DNA of 49,912 nt from a phage: sequence record OZ335956.1. The stretch is one strand, 5' to 3'. Of this stretch, positions 9,912-20,593 are shown piece after piece. The position numbers and the translations under genes were made by a program. The notes beneath the pieces are model-generated. The model had not been told where the DNA came from, made no database searches, and worked only from the letters and a program-made list of their open reading frames with translations. Positions within the stretch are counted from its first letter, which is position 1. Every line of letters begins with the position of its first letter.

Positions 9912-10229
9912 ATGGCTAAATTCAATTTTGTGCTGGGCCAACTTCCAGACTTCAAACTTCCGGTAACTTTCACCATGCCAAACGGTGAAGATGCGACGAT
10001 TATTTTTACCGTTCGCCACCTTTCCAGCAAAGAAGTACAGGATATGTACGCAAAACAGGGTGAAATGAATGATAGCGATTTCATCACTAAGATCGCGTCA
10101 GGCTGGAACGTTGAAGAAGAATTTAACGAAGATAACGCACGCAAACTGGTACAGTATTACCCATCCGCAGCGTACAATCTTACAGCCACTTACATTAAGG
10201 CTCTTGCCGGACACCGCGCAAAAAACTAA
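9912..10229 (+). CDS. tail assembly chaperone (lambda G analogue)
   Basis: 105-aa ORF between major tail and tape measure genes; slippery heptamer at its 3' end. Confidence 0.6.
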   Translation: MAKFNFVLGQLPDFKLPVTFTMPNGEDATIIFTVRHLSSKEVQDMYAKQGEMNDSDFITKIASGWNVEEEFNEDNARKLVQYYPSAAYNLTATYIKALAGHRAKN

Positions 10230-10546
10230 AAAGGGCGGTCTATCTGTTATATCAGAAGCCGCCAACAGAAGAGCAACTACGATCGGTCGGCCTTAGTCTT
10301 TCTGACTATGAGGACGAAGAACCGGAGACGATAATCGGTGACGCTGAGATGGTGAAGGCGTGGAATGTTTTTACGTCAATGCTCACTCAGTGGAGAAGTT
10401 CAGGCGCTGGCGCTTATGGTCTTGACTATAATGTTTTGCCTATGTTGTTTAAAATCTATAAAATAGAAGATGAAGAACTGGCATTGCAGGACGTTAGAAT
10501 CATGGAAGCGAAAGCGCTTGAAATGATTGCTAAACAGAACAACTAA
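10220..10546 (+). CDS. -1 frameshift extension of tail assembly chaperone (GT-like product 9912..10546)
   Basis: slippery A_AAA_AAC at 10220-10226 three nt before the zero-frame stop; -1 frame open from 10220 to 10546. Confidence 0.5.
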   Translation, partial: KKLKRAVYLLYQKPPTEEQLRSVGLSLSDYEDEEPETIIGDAEMVKAWNVFTSMLTQWRSSGAGAYGLDYNVLPMLFKIYKIEDEELALQDVRIMEAKALEMIAKQNN

Positions 10547-10547
10547 G

Positions 10548-10567
10548 CCGCCGTTTGGCGGTTTTTT
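10548..10567 (+). terminator. terminator-like hairpin
   Basis: CCGCC gttt GGCGG followed by TTTTTT. Confidence 0.4.
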
Positions 10568-10584
10568 CGTATATAGGGGGTTAT

Positions 10585-13458
10585 ATGGTTGATAAGGTAG
10601 CAGGTCTTTCTCTTGACGTTGATGTGTCAACAGTACAGCGCGCCGTAAAGTCACTGAAAGAGTTTTCAAAGGCAAACGACCAAGCCGCTGACTCTATGGG
10701 GTCTTTAATCAATGAGGCAGAGGTTGCAAAGCAGAAGGCTAAGGAACACTCTGAACAACTCAAGCGACAGCGCAAAGAGTACGAAGCAGTAGAGAAAGCA
10801 ATCGATCCTACAGTCGCAAAAATGGAGAAGTTAAGGGTTGCATCTCAGCAACTTGATAAGCTCTGGCAGCAAGGCGTTGTTCCAGATGACACATTTTTCC
10901 GTTTGGGTGAAATGCTGGATCTGCAAAACTCAAAACTTGCTCGCAGCCGCGCTATGCTGACGGAAGAAGGCCAGGCGGCATTACAGGAAGCAAAAGCAAA
11001 AGAGCAGGCAGCAGCGCGAAACAAAGCATTCATGGATGCTCTGAACGGTCAAGTTAACGCGATCGGCAAGACTCATGCTGAATTGATGGAACTGAAAGCG
11101 GCTGAGCTTGGTTTATCGAAAGAAGCGGCGCCACTAATCGCAAAACTGAAAGATCAGGGTCGTGCAATGAATGCCGCAGGCATTAGCGCTGGGGAATATA
11201 AGCAGGCAATGAGGATGCTTCCGGCACAGATTACCGATGTTGTAACCTCTCTTGCTTCCGGTATGCCTGTGTGGATGGTTGCCATCCAGCAGGGGGGTCA
11301 GATCAAGGACTCGTTTGGCGGGATTGGCAATACGTTTAAGGTATTGCTCAGCTATATTAATCCAGTCACAGCAGGTGTTGGCGTTCTCGTGGGCTCATTA
11401 GGTCTTCTGGCGAAAGCTGGATATGACTCTTACAAGTCAATCACTGATATGCAAAACGCTCTCATTGAGACTGGCGGTTATGCAGGCGTTACGGCTGATG
11501 ACCTTGATTCAGTTGCTAAAAAGATTGCGCAGACGAGTAACTCAACCGTTGGAAGCATTCGTGATATTGTGACGGGGTTAGCAAGTTCTGGTAAGTACAC
11601 CCGCGATCAGATCAAGAGCATCACTAAAGCTACTGCGGAGTGGTCCGCAGCAACCGGAAAATCAGCAAGCCAAATCATTGCTGAGTTCGACAAAATCGCA
11701 AGCGATCCGGTAAAAGGCTTGGAGAAGTTAAACGAACAATACAACTTCCTTGAAAAAGGACAGCTTACCTATATCGACACGTTAAGCCGGACAAAGGGCG
11801 AAACTGAGGCCGTATCTGAAGCCACAAAATTATTCGCTGATGTGATGGAGCAGAGAATGAAGTCGATCGCGGATAATGCCACCCCACTTGAAAAGATGTG
11901 GAGCGATATTAAGCAATGGGCTTCTGACGCGTGGGGATGGGTTGGGGATCATACACTTGGTGCGCTGAACCTGATTATCGACGTTGTTCAGGGTACAGTG
12001 ATTCAGGTAAAAATGATTCTTGCGAAAGGTGACGAATACATCTCAAACTTTATCGCCTCCGCAATCAAGGCTACGCAGTCGCTGCCAGGTATGAGTAATT
12101 TTGGTGCTGATGTACTGAAGGAGCAGGAGAACATTGTAAAAAGCTCCCGAGACAACTACGACCAGTTGGCCTCCGAACTTGACGCTATCAATGCTCGTGT
12201 AGAAAAAGGTGAGATGGGCTACGTTGAAGCAATGAAGCAGCGACGCACTCTTGAAAAGCAGTACAGTGAGGAAACTAAGGAAGCAATAAGGAAAGAAGCG
12301 GAGGAAATCGAGAAGCGAAACCGAGAAAGAAATAAGCAGTCGAAAATTGTGCGCTCACCTACAGAGCAATTCGACAAGGAGTTAATTTCACTCAAAGCGC
12401 AGCTTAAGGTATTGCAGGAGCATAAGGAGATTGGTCAAAAACTTTCCGCACAGAGGAAGGCGTTGTTTACAACTGAGGCCACGATCGCTGTTCTTCGAGA
12501 GGCTAGTTCTAAACGTCAGTTATCTGCGGAAGAAAAAGCATTGCTGGCAAGTCAGGAGAAAGTTGTCGAACTTGCAAAACAGAAGGCTGAGATTGGCGAT
12601 CAGATTGTTAAGCAGCAGCAGTTAAACGAACTTACCGACAAGTCACTGAAGTTTGTCAATGAGATGACGGCGGCGACGGAGCAGCTAAACGCATCTCGCG
12701 GTATGAGTACCCGCGAAATGGAACGACAAGCGGAACTGGCTAAGATCACCACTGATTATATTAATGCAGGTGGCAGCGAAGGAGATGAAAAACTCCAGAA
12801 CATGATCAAGGCACAAAATGATTACTATGCTGCGGAAGATGCCAAGCGTGCTGACTGGTTAGCAGGTGCTGAAAGTGCATTTGCAGATTACGGCGATTCT
12901 GCAATGGATATGTACGGTAACGTGTATGATGTTGCGTCAAGTTCACTTAACGGAATGAGTGATATGATGACCCAATTTCTGACTACAGGTAAGGCAAACT
13001 TTGCTGATTTTGCGAAAAACATTATCAGCATGATTATCAAGATGATTGCTCAGATGGTTATATTCAATACGATCTCTGGCATGATGGGCGGTAAGACATG
13101 GAGTTTTGCAGGTGGATTGACTTCTGGCGCTTCTGTGGCACCACAGGCAACTCCTACGCCTGCCGCCTCTGGTTTTAGGTCTTTATCTTCAGGTGTCGCT
13201 GTTACCTCGCTTGCTGCCGCTGCGGGTAGTGTGGCAACATCTGGATTTAACGCATCTAAATCAGCGCCGAAGGCAGTAAACCAATCAGCAGGTGGGACGG
13301 TCGTTGACGTTAGGGGCATGGAGGTTAAAGTTGACAACGGTTCAGATCCGAAAGGCATTTCTCAGGGCGTAGAAATGATGTTCAAAAAAATGATTCGTGA
13401 ATCTTGTTCTCAAGGCGGCGAGGTTTACAATTACATTCAGGAAAAAACGGGAGGCTAA
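10585..13458 (+). CDS. tail tape measure protein
   Basis: ~957 aa, long coiled-coil-rich N-terminal half, hydrophobic segments, Gly/Ala-rich C-terminus; RBS GGGGG before ATG 10585. Confidence 0.85.
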   Translation: MVDKVAGLSLDVDVSTVQRAVKSLKEFSKANDQAADSMGSLINEAEVAKQKAKEHSEQLKRQRKEYEAVEKAIDPTVAKMEKLRVASQQLDKLWQQGVVPDDTFFRLGEMLDLQNSKLARSRAMLTEEGQAALQEAKAKEQAAARNKAFMDALNGQVNAIGKTHAELMELKAAELGLSKEAAPLIAKLKDQGRAMNAAGISAGEYKQAMRMLPAQITDVVTSLASGMPVWMVAIQQGGQIKDSFGGIGNTFKVLLSYINPVTAGVGVLVGSLGLLAKAGYDSYKSITDMQNALIETGGYAGVTADDLDSVAKKIAQTSNSTVGSIRDIVTGLASSGKYTRDQIKSITKATAEWSAATGKSASQIIAEFDKIASDPVKGLEKLNEQYNFLEKGQLTYIDTLSRTKGETEAVSEATKLFADVMEQRMKSIADNATPLEKMWSDIKQWASDAWGWVGDHTLGALNLIIDVVQGTVIQVKMILAKGDEYISNFIASAIKATQSLPGMSNFGADVLKEQENIVKSSRDNYDQLASELDAINARVEKGEMGYVEAMKQRRTLEKQYSEETKEAIRKEAEEIEKRNRERNKQSKIVRSPTEQFDKELISLKAQLKVLQEHKEIGQKLSAQRKALFTTEATIAVLREASSKRQLSAEEKALLASQEKVVELAKQKAEIGDQIVKQQQLNELTDKSLKFVNEMTAATEQLNASRGMSTREMERQAELAKITTDYINAGGSEGDEKLQNMIKAQNDYYAAEDAKRADWLAGAESAFADYGDSAMDMYGNVYDVASSSLNGMSDMMTQFLTTGKANFADFAKNIISMIIKMIAQMVIFNTISGMMGGKTWSFAGGLTSGASVAPQATPTPAASGFRSLSSGVAVTSLAAAAGSVATSGFNASKSAPKAVNQSAGGTVVDVRGMEVKVDNGSDPKGISQGVEMMFKKMIRESCSQGGEVYNYIQEKTGG

Positions 13459-13460
13459 TA

Positions 13461-13814
13461 ATGGCGACACTTGACACTTTCAGTTGGTGTACGCAGGTTC
13501 AAGGGGGCGGTGGCTCCCTTACCACTACCAACAATGACCGCTCCATACAGTTTGGTAACGGATACATGCAGCTTTCATCATCTGGATTTAACACCACGAG
13601 ACGAGAGTATTCAGTTGTCTATGCCGGGGAAGATTTCATGTCTGTTTACGACTTCTGCGATTCTCACCGCATTAAACCTTTCGCATGGACGCCGCCGGAC
13701 GGGAAGATCGGGATATGGGTTGTGAAGCCTAACAGCTTGGGCGCGAAGCCAGTATCACGCGACGTGATGGAAATTAACGTAACGTTTATGGAGCAGTTCA
13801 CATCTATGGAATAG
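13461..13814 (+). CDS. minor tail protein (lambda M-like)
   Basis: ATG 13461 with RBS GGAGG; ~117 aa immediately after tape measure. Confidence 0.5.
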   Translation: MATLDTFSWCTQVQGGGGSLTTTNNDRSIQFGNGYMQLSSSGFNTTRREYSVVYAGEDFMSVYDFCDSHRIKPFAWTPPDGKIGIWVVKPNSLGAKPVSRDVMEINVTFMEQFTSME

Positions 13815-13830
13815 CACCACATGACAAAAG

Positions 13831-13852
13831 CCCGCCTTGCGCGGGTTTTTTT
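13831..13852 (+). terminator. rho-independent terminator, followed by TGTAGAATGG -10-like element
   Basis: CCCGCCTTGCGCGGG hairpin followed by T7; same hairpin recurs at 16010. Confidence 0.6.
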
Positions 13853-13893
13853 GTGGCTGTAGAATGGTATCAACTAAACGAGAGGAAAAAGCA

Positions 13894-14676
13894 ATGAGTG
13901 AAAACAAAAAACTTTATGATGAAGAAAGCGGAAAGAGCCTGTTCCATAACTGTCTTCAATCACTGTATCCTGGAGAAATCATTACACTGATTGAGGTTGA
14001 CGGAAGCAAGTTCGGCGCTCAGGTGTACAGATTCCACGGAGAGAATATACAGTACACTCCAGAAGAAATCATGCAGGCACAGCAAACCGGAACGCTGCCG
14101 CCGAAAGAAATTACCTTCCGTGGTGAGCAGTACGGAGCGCGACCGTTCGGTATATCCGGGATCTCGTTCGACAGTTCCGGCAGAGCTACAAAGCCACAGT
14201 TGACAGTGGCAAACATTGATAGTCGCGTGTCTGCTATGATTCGTGCATATAACGGATTGATGCAGGCTAAGGTGACAATCTGGATAACTCAGCGTGAGCT
14301 TATCAATTCTGATGGTTCAATCGCTGATGGTGCTTATCGTAAGCTGGTATACTATATCGAACGCCCGAGCTATGTAGATAAGAGCGTAGCTCGGTTCGAT
14401 CTCACGTCGCCGTATGATATGGATGGCATCATGATCCCGTCCCGACTCACTCAAAGCGTTTGCTATTGGGCGCAGCGTGGCTGGTATAAAACCGGAAAAG
14501 GTTGCGGATACAACGGGCAAAATGGTTACTTTGACAAAGACAATAATCCGGTAGACGATCCCGCCCTGGATTTCTGCCCGGGAACGGTAACTGCCTGTCG
14601 CCTTCGGTTCGGTGCAAACAATGAATTGGATTTTGGCGGTTGCGCGGTTGCTTCACTACAGAGGAAAAATCAATGA
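13894..14676 (+). CDS. minor tail protein (lambda L-like)
   Basis: ATG 13894 with RBS GAGAGGAAAAA; ~260 aa with C-terminal Cys cluster; gene order. Confidence 0.5.
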   Translation: MSENKKLYDEESGKSLFHNCLQSLYPGEIITLIEVDGSKFGAQVYRFHGENIQYTPEEIMQAQQTGTLPPKEITFRGEQYGARPFGISGISFDSSGRATKPQLTVANIDSRVSAMIRAYNGLMQAKVTIWITQRELINSDGSIADGAYRKLVYYIERPSYVDKSVARFDLTSPYDMDGIMIPSRLTQSVCYWAQRGWYKTGKGCGYNGQNGYFDKDNNPVDDPALDFCPGTVTACRLRFGANNELDFGGCAVASLQRKNQ

Positions 14677-15407
14677 TTAGTGCAAAAATTAAACTTGAAA
14701 TTATGACTCACGCACAAGAAGAATACCCCCGCGAATGCTGCGGGATAGTTACCCAAAAGGGGCGAGTGCAAAAATACCACAGAGTCGATAATGTTCATCG
14801 TGATCCTGAAAATCATTTCATGATGGATGCTGTACAGTACGCCTGCATTGAGGATGACGCGGAATCAACCACGATCGCAATTGTTCATAGTCACACAGGT
14901 GATGGGGCTACAACTCTCCCCAGCGCGCACGACACGTGCATGTGCAACGAAATGGAGGTTACATGGATTATTGTTAGCGTACCGGAAGGGGATATGCGAT
15001 TCGTGAAGCCTGAGAAATTACCTCTGATTGGTCGTCCGTGGTCGTTAGGTTCATTCGACTGTTACGGCCTGGTGATGGCATGGCACAAAGAGCACGGAGT
15101 AGAGTTACGAGATCGCCGATTGAATTTTGAATGGTGGAAACCTGAGTACGGAATTAATCTCTATCAGGACTATTACAAGCAAGATGGATTTGTTGAGATT
15201 CCAGATCAGAACAATCCTTCATTTGGTGATATGGTAATCATGCAGATAGGGCAAAACGTTACTGTATGGAATCACGCAGGGATTTACTTGGGCGATAATC
15301 AGATCTTGCATCACGCCTTCGGTAAGTTGTCGCGACGTGATATCTATTCCGGCTGGTATCAGGAACACACAGTTTTAATTGTTCGCCATAAGGATCTAAA
15401 GCTATGA
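14673..15407 (+). CDS. tail assembly protein (lambda K-like; MPN/JAMM plus NlpC/P60-like domains)
   Basis: JAMM-like HSHTGDGATTLPSAHD motif and downstream Cys/His pair; gene order between L-like and I-like. Confidence 0.65.
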   Translation: MISAKIKLEIMTHAQEEYPRECCGIVTQKGRVQKYHRVDNVHRDPENHFMMDAVQYACIEDDAESTTIAIVHSHTGDGATTLPSAHDTCMCNEMEVTWIIVSVPEGDMRFVKPEKLPLIGRPWSLGSFDCYGLVMAWHKEHGVELRDRRLNFEWWKPEYGINLYQDYYKQDGFVEIPDQNNPSFGDMVIMQIGQNVTVWNHAGIYLGDNQILHHAFGKLSRRDIYSGWYQEHTVLIVRHKDLKL

Positions 15408-16003
15408 ATGATGTGAAAGTAATCAAATTATCCGGTTCACTTGGAAGACGCTTCGGTGTCTTTCACAGATTCGCTGTTGACTCTTACCCGGAAGCTATCC
15501 GGGCGCTATCCAGTCAGGTAGATGGATTTAAAGAATACATGCAAAGCGAGGTGGGATCTCGTAGCAAGTTTGCAATATTCGTGGACGGCGTTAACGTTGG
15601 TCACCACGAAGAGGAAAAATTCAAATGCGCTAAAGAGATAAGAATAATCCCGATCCCGACTGGCTCTAAGTCTGGAGGTCTATTCCAGGTCGTATTGGGC
15701 GCGGCAATAATGGTTGCTGCATTCTATACCGGGGGCGCATCTCTGGCGTTAATGGGAACAATGTCCTCGTCTCTGTTTATGATGGGCGGCGCTATGGTGC
15801 TGGGAGGTGTGATGCAGATGATCTCACCGCAGCCGGGAGGTGCAAACTTCGAAGTTCAATCAAGCAAGAATAAGCCTTCATACGCGTTCGGCGGCGCTGT
15901 TAATACAACGGCGGCGGGATATCCACTTCCGGTCCCGTATGGCTATCGCGCCGGAGGTGGCGCAACGTTCTCAGCAGGTTCTTACGCTGAGGATATGAGT
16001 TAA
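15404..16003 (+). CDS. tail assembly protein (lambda I-like)
   Basis: 199 aa with Gly/Ala/Met-rich hydrophobic C-terminal half; immediately before J-like gene. Confidence 0.5.
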   Translation: MNDVKVIKLSGSLGRRFGVFHRFAVDSYPEAIRALSSQVDGFKEYMQSEVGSRSKFAIFVDGVNVGHHEEEKFKCAKEIRIIPIPTGSKSGGLFQVVLGAAIMVAAFYTGGASLALMGTMSSSLFMMGGAMVLGGVMQMISPQPGGANFEVQSSKNKPSYAFGGAVNTTAAGYPLPVPYGYRAGGGATFSAGSYAEDMS

Positions 16004-16009
16004 AACCAA

Positions 16010-16032
16010 CCCGCCTTGCGCGGGTTTTTTTT
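16010..16032 (+). terminator. rho-independent terminator, followed by TGTATAATGG -10-like element
   Basis: CCCGCCTTGCGCGGG hairpin followed by T8. Confidence 0.6.
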
Positions 16033-16080
16033 CGCCTGTATAATGGGTTCACCGATAAATAGCACAAAAAGGTAAACATC

Positions 16081-19000
16081 ATGATTCAAAAAGTGATAAG
16101 CGGATCTAAGGGCGGCTCGTCTAAGCCTCATAATCCAGTTGAAATGGAAGATAACCTGATCTCAATTAACAAGATCAAGATCCTGTTAGCTATATCTGAC
16201 GGCGAGATTGACGAAACATTCAGCCTCAAGCAACTGATGTTTAACTCGGTCCCGGTGCAAAACGAGGATGGATCATTCAACTTCGAAGGGGTAAAGGCAG
16301 AGTTCAGGCCGGGCACGCAGACTCAGGAATACATCAAAGGCATGGAAGATAGCGCCAGTGAGGTAACTGTAAACCGTGAGGTTACGACCGATAATCCGTA
16401 CACGATCGCAGTAACCAATAAAACTCTGTCGGCAATCCGTATAAAAATGTTCATGCCTCGCGGAGTACGCATTGAAAACAATGGCGATAAAAACGGCGTT
16501 AGAGTTGAGTACGAAGTGCAGCAAGCGGTTGATGGGGGTTCGTTTGAGACGGTGCTCACTGACGTAATCGAAGGCAAAACAATGTCAGGTTACGACAGAA
16601 GTCGTCGCGTAAACCTGCCGAACTTCAATAATCAGGTGATATTCAGAGTCGTTCGCAAAACTCCAGACTCTAACGATTCGAACGTTGTCGATGCAATCCA
16701 GGTGAGAAGCTATGCCGAGGTAATTGATGCCAAATTCCGTTACCCTCTGACTGGTCTTCTTTTTGTTGAGTTTGATTCGAAGATGTTCCCGAGCCAGTTA
16801 CCTACGATCTCAATTCGTAAGCGATGGAAGATTGTAAACGTTCCGTCTAACTATGATCCAGAATCACGAACCTATAACGGGAATTGGGATGGAACTTTTA
16901 AGAAGGCGTGGACGAATAACCCTGCCTGGGTGCTTTATGACCTGATGATTAATCAGCGCTATGGACTGGATCAGAAAGAGCTTGGAATCTCCGTAGATAA
17001 ATGGGCGCTATATGAGGCCGCGCAATATTGCGATCAGATGGTCCCTGACGGGAAAGGCGGTACTGAGCCTCGGTATCTTTGCGACGTGATAATCCAGTCA
17101 CAGACTGATGCTTACAAAGTTATTCGAGATATTTGCTCAATCTTCCGTGGCATGAGTTTTTGGAATGGTGAGAGCATTTCTGTAATCATCGACAGACCGC
17201 GTGAGCCTGCGTACATCTTCACGAACGACAACGTTGTTAATGGTGACTTCTCCTATACTTTCGCAAGCGAAAAGAGTATGTACACGACGTGTAACGTGAT
17301 GTTTGATGACGAACAAAACATGTATCAACAGGATGTTGAGCCAGTATTCGATCGTGAGGCGACTCTACGGTTCGGTAACAACGTAACGAGCATTACAGCG
17401 ATCGGATGCACTCGACGCAGTGAGGCTAACCGTCGCGGTAGGTGGATTCTGAAAACCAACCTACGCAGCACCACGGTAAACTTCGCTACCGGGCTGGAGG
17501 GAATGATTCCGACCATCGGGGATGTTGTAGCAATAGCTGACAACTTCTGGTCAAGTAACTTGACTATGAACCTATCAGGGCGATTGCTCGAAGTGTCTGG
17601 AAGTCAGATTTTCTTGCCGTTCCGTGTGGATGCTCGCGCAGGTGACTTTATTATCGTAAATAAGCCTGATGGCAAGCCCGTGAAGCGCACAATCTCAAGT
17701 GTTAGTGCGGATGGAAAGACCATAGAGATTAACATCGGCTTCGGCTTTCCTGTGAAGCCTAACACGGTGTTTGCAATTGACCGTACCGACCTTGCGTTAC
17801 AGCAGTACGTCGTGACTAAAATCGACAAGGGTGATGACGATGAGGAATTTACCTACAAAATCACTGCGGTCGAGTACGATCCTAACAAGTACGATGAGAT
17901 TGATTATGGCGTGAACATCGATGATAGACCTACAAGCATCGTTGAGCCTGACCAGATACCTAAACCGGAAAACGTGCAGGTGTCCTCAGAGTCGAGAATC
18001 GTCCAGGGGATGAGCGTAGAAACGATGATTGTTAGCTGGGATAAAGTGCCGTACGCAGTTTTCTATGACGTCCAGTGGCGAAAGGATAACGGCAACTGGC
18101 AGAACGTTCCGCAGACGGCAAACAAAGAGGTTTACGTTGAAGGGATTTACGCTGGTAACTATCAGGTTCGCGTTCGATCTGTGGCTGGCTCCGGTACGAC
18201 TTCAGGTTGGTCAAATATCGTAGCGGCGACGTTGACAGGTAAGCAAGGTGAACCGGGTCGACCGATTAACCTTACGGCTACGGATGATGTTGTTTTTGGT
18301 ATCCGTACAAAATGGGGGTTCTCTGAAGGTTCAGGCGATACTGCCTATACAGAGTTGCAACAGTCACCGGATGGAACGGTTGACAATGCAAGTTTACTCT
18401 CTCTGGTTCCGTATCCGCAGCATGAGTATTATCACTCACCAATGCCGGGCGGGAATATCGTGTGGTATCGGGTAAGGACGGTTGACAGGATCGGTAACGT
18501 GTCGCAGTGGACTGATTTTGTCAGAGGCATGGCATCAACGAACGTAGACGATATTATCGGTGATATTTCTGTTGATATCGAAAACTCGCCAGGTTACGAA
18601 TGGCTTGTTGATAATGCAACCGACAACGCAGCGCAGAACGCAGCGAACGCTGAAGCATCAATTGAAAACGCACTCGCTAACGATAGAGACGCGATCCACA
18701 TGAAGAAGGAGAACGGTAAACGAAAAGCCGAGTACACCAAATCTCTTAAACTGATTGCTGACGAGACAGAGGCGCGCGTGACGGCTGTTGAGCAATTGAA
18801 AGCTAGTTTTGGAGATCAGATTAGCGCGAGCAATAGCGAATTGCGTGAGGTTATCGCAACTGAGACAGGTGCGCTATCTCGCGAGATTGACCAACTCAAG
18901 GCAGAGATTGGTGATGATATTCAGGCAAGTTTGACCGATATCCGTGAAGCCATCGCGAACGAGACTGAGGCAAGAACGCAAGCTGACTTAACGTTAAGCG

Positions 19001-19530
19001 CGCGACTTGGGGATAATGAGGCGGCACTTTCTCAAAAACTTGACTCGTGGAGTAACGCGGATTCGACTGGCGCAATGTACGGCGTCAAGCTGGGACTTAA
19101 GTATAATGGTCAGGAATACAGCGCAGGCATGGCTATGTCTCTGATTGGTTCTGGCGCGGTTGTTAAGGCTCAGATTCTTTTTGAGGCGTCACGATTTGCC
19201 ATCATGACAGGAATGAATGGTCAGACTCAGTATCCTTTCGTGGTTGAGAATGGTCAAGTTATCCTGAGTAGCGCAATCATCAAGGATGGATTTATTACTA
19301 ACGCAATGATTGGTAACGCAATTCAGTCTAACAATTGGGATGGATATCAAGGGTGGCATATTAACAAGAATGGTGCAGCTTACTTTATGAACGCAACAGT
19401 AAGGGGTGCTTTGTATGCAGATAACGGATCGTTTGCATTCAACGGAACAAACAACACGGTTCAGATAAACAATAACGGGATCACGGTTAACCTACCTAAC
19501 GGGGGCCGAGTGGTTGTTGGTGTCTGGTAA
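16081..19530 (+). CDS. central tail fiber / host specificity protein (lambda J-like)
   Basis: 1149 aa, largest ORF after tape measure; fibronectin-III-like and coiled-coil segments; gene order. Confidence 0.8.
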   Translation: MIQKVISGSKGGSSKPHNPVEMEDNLISINKIKILLAISDGEIDETFSLKQLMFNSVPVQNEDGSFNFEGVKAEFRPGTQTQEYIKGMEDSASEVTVNREVTTDNPYTIAVTNKTLSAIRIKMFMPRGVRIENNGDKNGVRVEYEVQQAVDGGSFETVLTDVIEGKTMSGYDRSRRVNLPNFNNQVIFRVVRKTPDSNDSNVVDAIQVRSYAEVIDAKFRYPLTGLLFVEFDSKMFPSQLPTISIRKRWKIVNVPSNYDPESRTYNGNWDGTFKKAWTNNPAWVLYDLMINQRYGLDQKELGISVDKWALYEAAQYCDQMVPDGKGGTEPRYLCDVIIQSQTDAYKVIRDICSIFRGMSFWNGESISVIIDRPREPAYIFTNDNVVNGDFSYTFASEKSMYTTCNVMFDDEQNMYQQDVEPVFDREATLRFGNNVTSITAIGCTRRSEANRRGRWILKTNLRSTTVNFATGLEGMIPTIGDVVAIADNFWSSNLTMNLSGRLLEVSGSQIFLPFRVDARAGDFIIVNKPDGKPVKRTISSVSADGKTIEINIGFGFPVKPNTVFAIDRTDLALQQYVVTKIDKGDDDEEFTYKITAVEYDPNKYDEIDYGVNIDDRPTSIVEPDQIPKPENVQVSSESRIVQGMSVETMIVSWDKVPYAVFYDVQWRKDNGNWQNVPQTANKEVYVEGIYAGNYQVRVRSVAGSGTTSGWSNIVAATLTGKQGEPGRPINLTATDDVVFGIRTKWGFSEGSGDTAYTELQQSPDGTVDNASLLSLVPYPQHEYYHSPMPGGNIVWYRVRTVDRIGNVSQWTDFVRGMASTNVDDIIGDISVDIENSPGYEWLVDNATDNAAQNAANAEASIENALANDRDAIHMKKENGKRKAEYTKSLKLIADETEARVTAVEQLKASFGDQISASNSELREVIATETGALSREIDQLKAEIGDDIQASLTDIREAIANETEARTQADLTLSARLGDNEAALSQKLDSWSNADSTGAMYGVKLGLKYNGQEYSAGMAMSLIGSGAVVKAQILFEASRFAIMTGMNGQTQYPFVVENGQVILSSAIIKDGFITNAMIGNAIQSNNWDGYQGWHINKNGAAYFMNATVRGALYADNGSFAFNGTNNTVQINNNGITVNLPNGGRVVVGVW

Positions 19531-19536
19531 CAGAAA

Positions 19537-19559
19537 GGGGCCGATTGGCCCCTTTTTTT
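19537..19559. terminator. bidirectional terminator
   Basis: GGGGCCGATTGGCCCC flanked by A-run upstream and T7 downstream; lies between convergent genes. Confidence 0.6.
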
Positions 19560-20591
19560 AATACATGTTTGGAGTGAAAGGAATTGGCATTGAAATGTTT
19601 ATGTTGAATGGGAATTGAGCGCCGCTCTGAGTAGAATAGTTACCTACCATCGTTCCTGGTGCGCTTCTAACGTTACCTCCGCTCATGCACACGCCCTTGT
19701 ATCGGATGTTATTATATCCACCTGTAACCCTGCATATTGTGCCAGTTCTCAGTATTGGGAAAAATCCACCGCACCACTGCCAGCCGTCATTTATCGCCAT
19801 AGTCCCGCCGAGAACGAAGGGGCGTCTAACGCTTGAGAAAACGATCTGACCAGCGGGATTGCTCATAGTAATTCCCGGTCCTGGAGGTGGTGGAGTGTTA
19901 TTAAATATTACGAGTTGCACGTATACGCTCGCGCCAACGTCATCAATCCCGTTATAGTTTGCATCCCTACACCATATAGTATTTCCGTCAGATTCAAGTG
20001 TTACGTTTGGGTTATCCCACATACCGAAAGGAACGCCCTGGACTGGCAATTGAGCCTGACCGTTAACCTGGATGCCTCCAACAAATGCGGCACTCATCAA
20101 CCTTGCGTTATTCGGTATCGCTGCGAAGTTGGTTGAATCGTTGACAAGTATCCCCTGATTTCCTGCCTGAGCGGGGAGAATTTCGTAACAGTTGCCATAA
20201 AATCTCATCCTTCTTCCACCGTGACCGTTAAAATTCCCTACCGTTATTCGCCCGGTTGAATCATTAACCTTCTGAAAGCTGGTTAAATAATACACCTCAG
20301 GAATATAATATTCCCTACCGTTATTCGCCCGGTTGAATCATTAACCTTCTGAAAGCTGGTTAAATAATACACCTCAGGAATATAATTCATGTCGTCTATG
20401 TAGATGGACTGAGATGGAAGGCAAAAAGCAGTAGATCCAGGACTCATTTGCAGACCAAAATCAAAAACCGATCCCGATGAGTCAACGCCGTCCGCTTGTA
20501 TTGGTCCGCACCATGACGGTGCGCGAAGCCCCGAGGTTATCTCCATTGCCGGACGACCGTCATTTAAGTTTATGTATATTCCTTGTCCCAT
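19558..20591 (-). pseudogene. putative receptor-binding protein gene, frameshifted by a 77-bp tandem duplication
   Basis: two - strand ORFs (20283..20600 and 19558..20295) both contain YYLTSFQKVNDSTGRITVGN; removing one 77-bp copy restores a single 966-nt (321-aa) Gly/Asn-rich ORF. Confidence 0.55.
20233..20386. repeat. perfect tandem duplication, 2 x 77 bp
   Basis: 20233-20309 and 20310-20386 are identical on direct comparison; 77 is not a multiple of 3. Confidence 0.9.
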
Positions 20592-20593
20592 AA

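Noticed and set aside
10069-10296. +1-frame ORF as the chaperone frameshift product
   Set aside because: The slippery heptamer A_AAA_AAC supports a -1 shift into the frame that runs to 10546; the +1 frame ORF is short and lacks a slippery context
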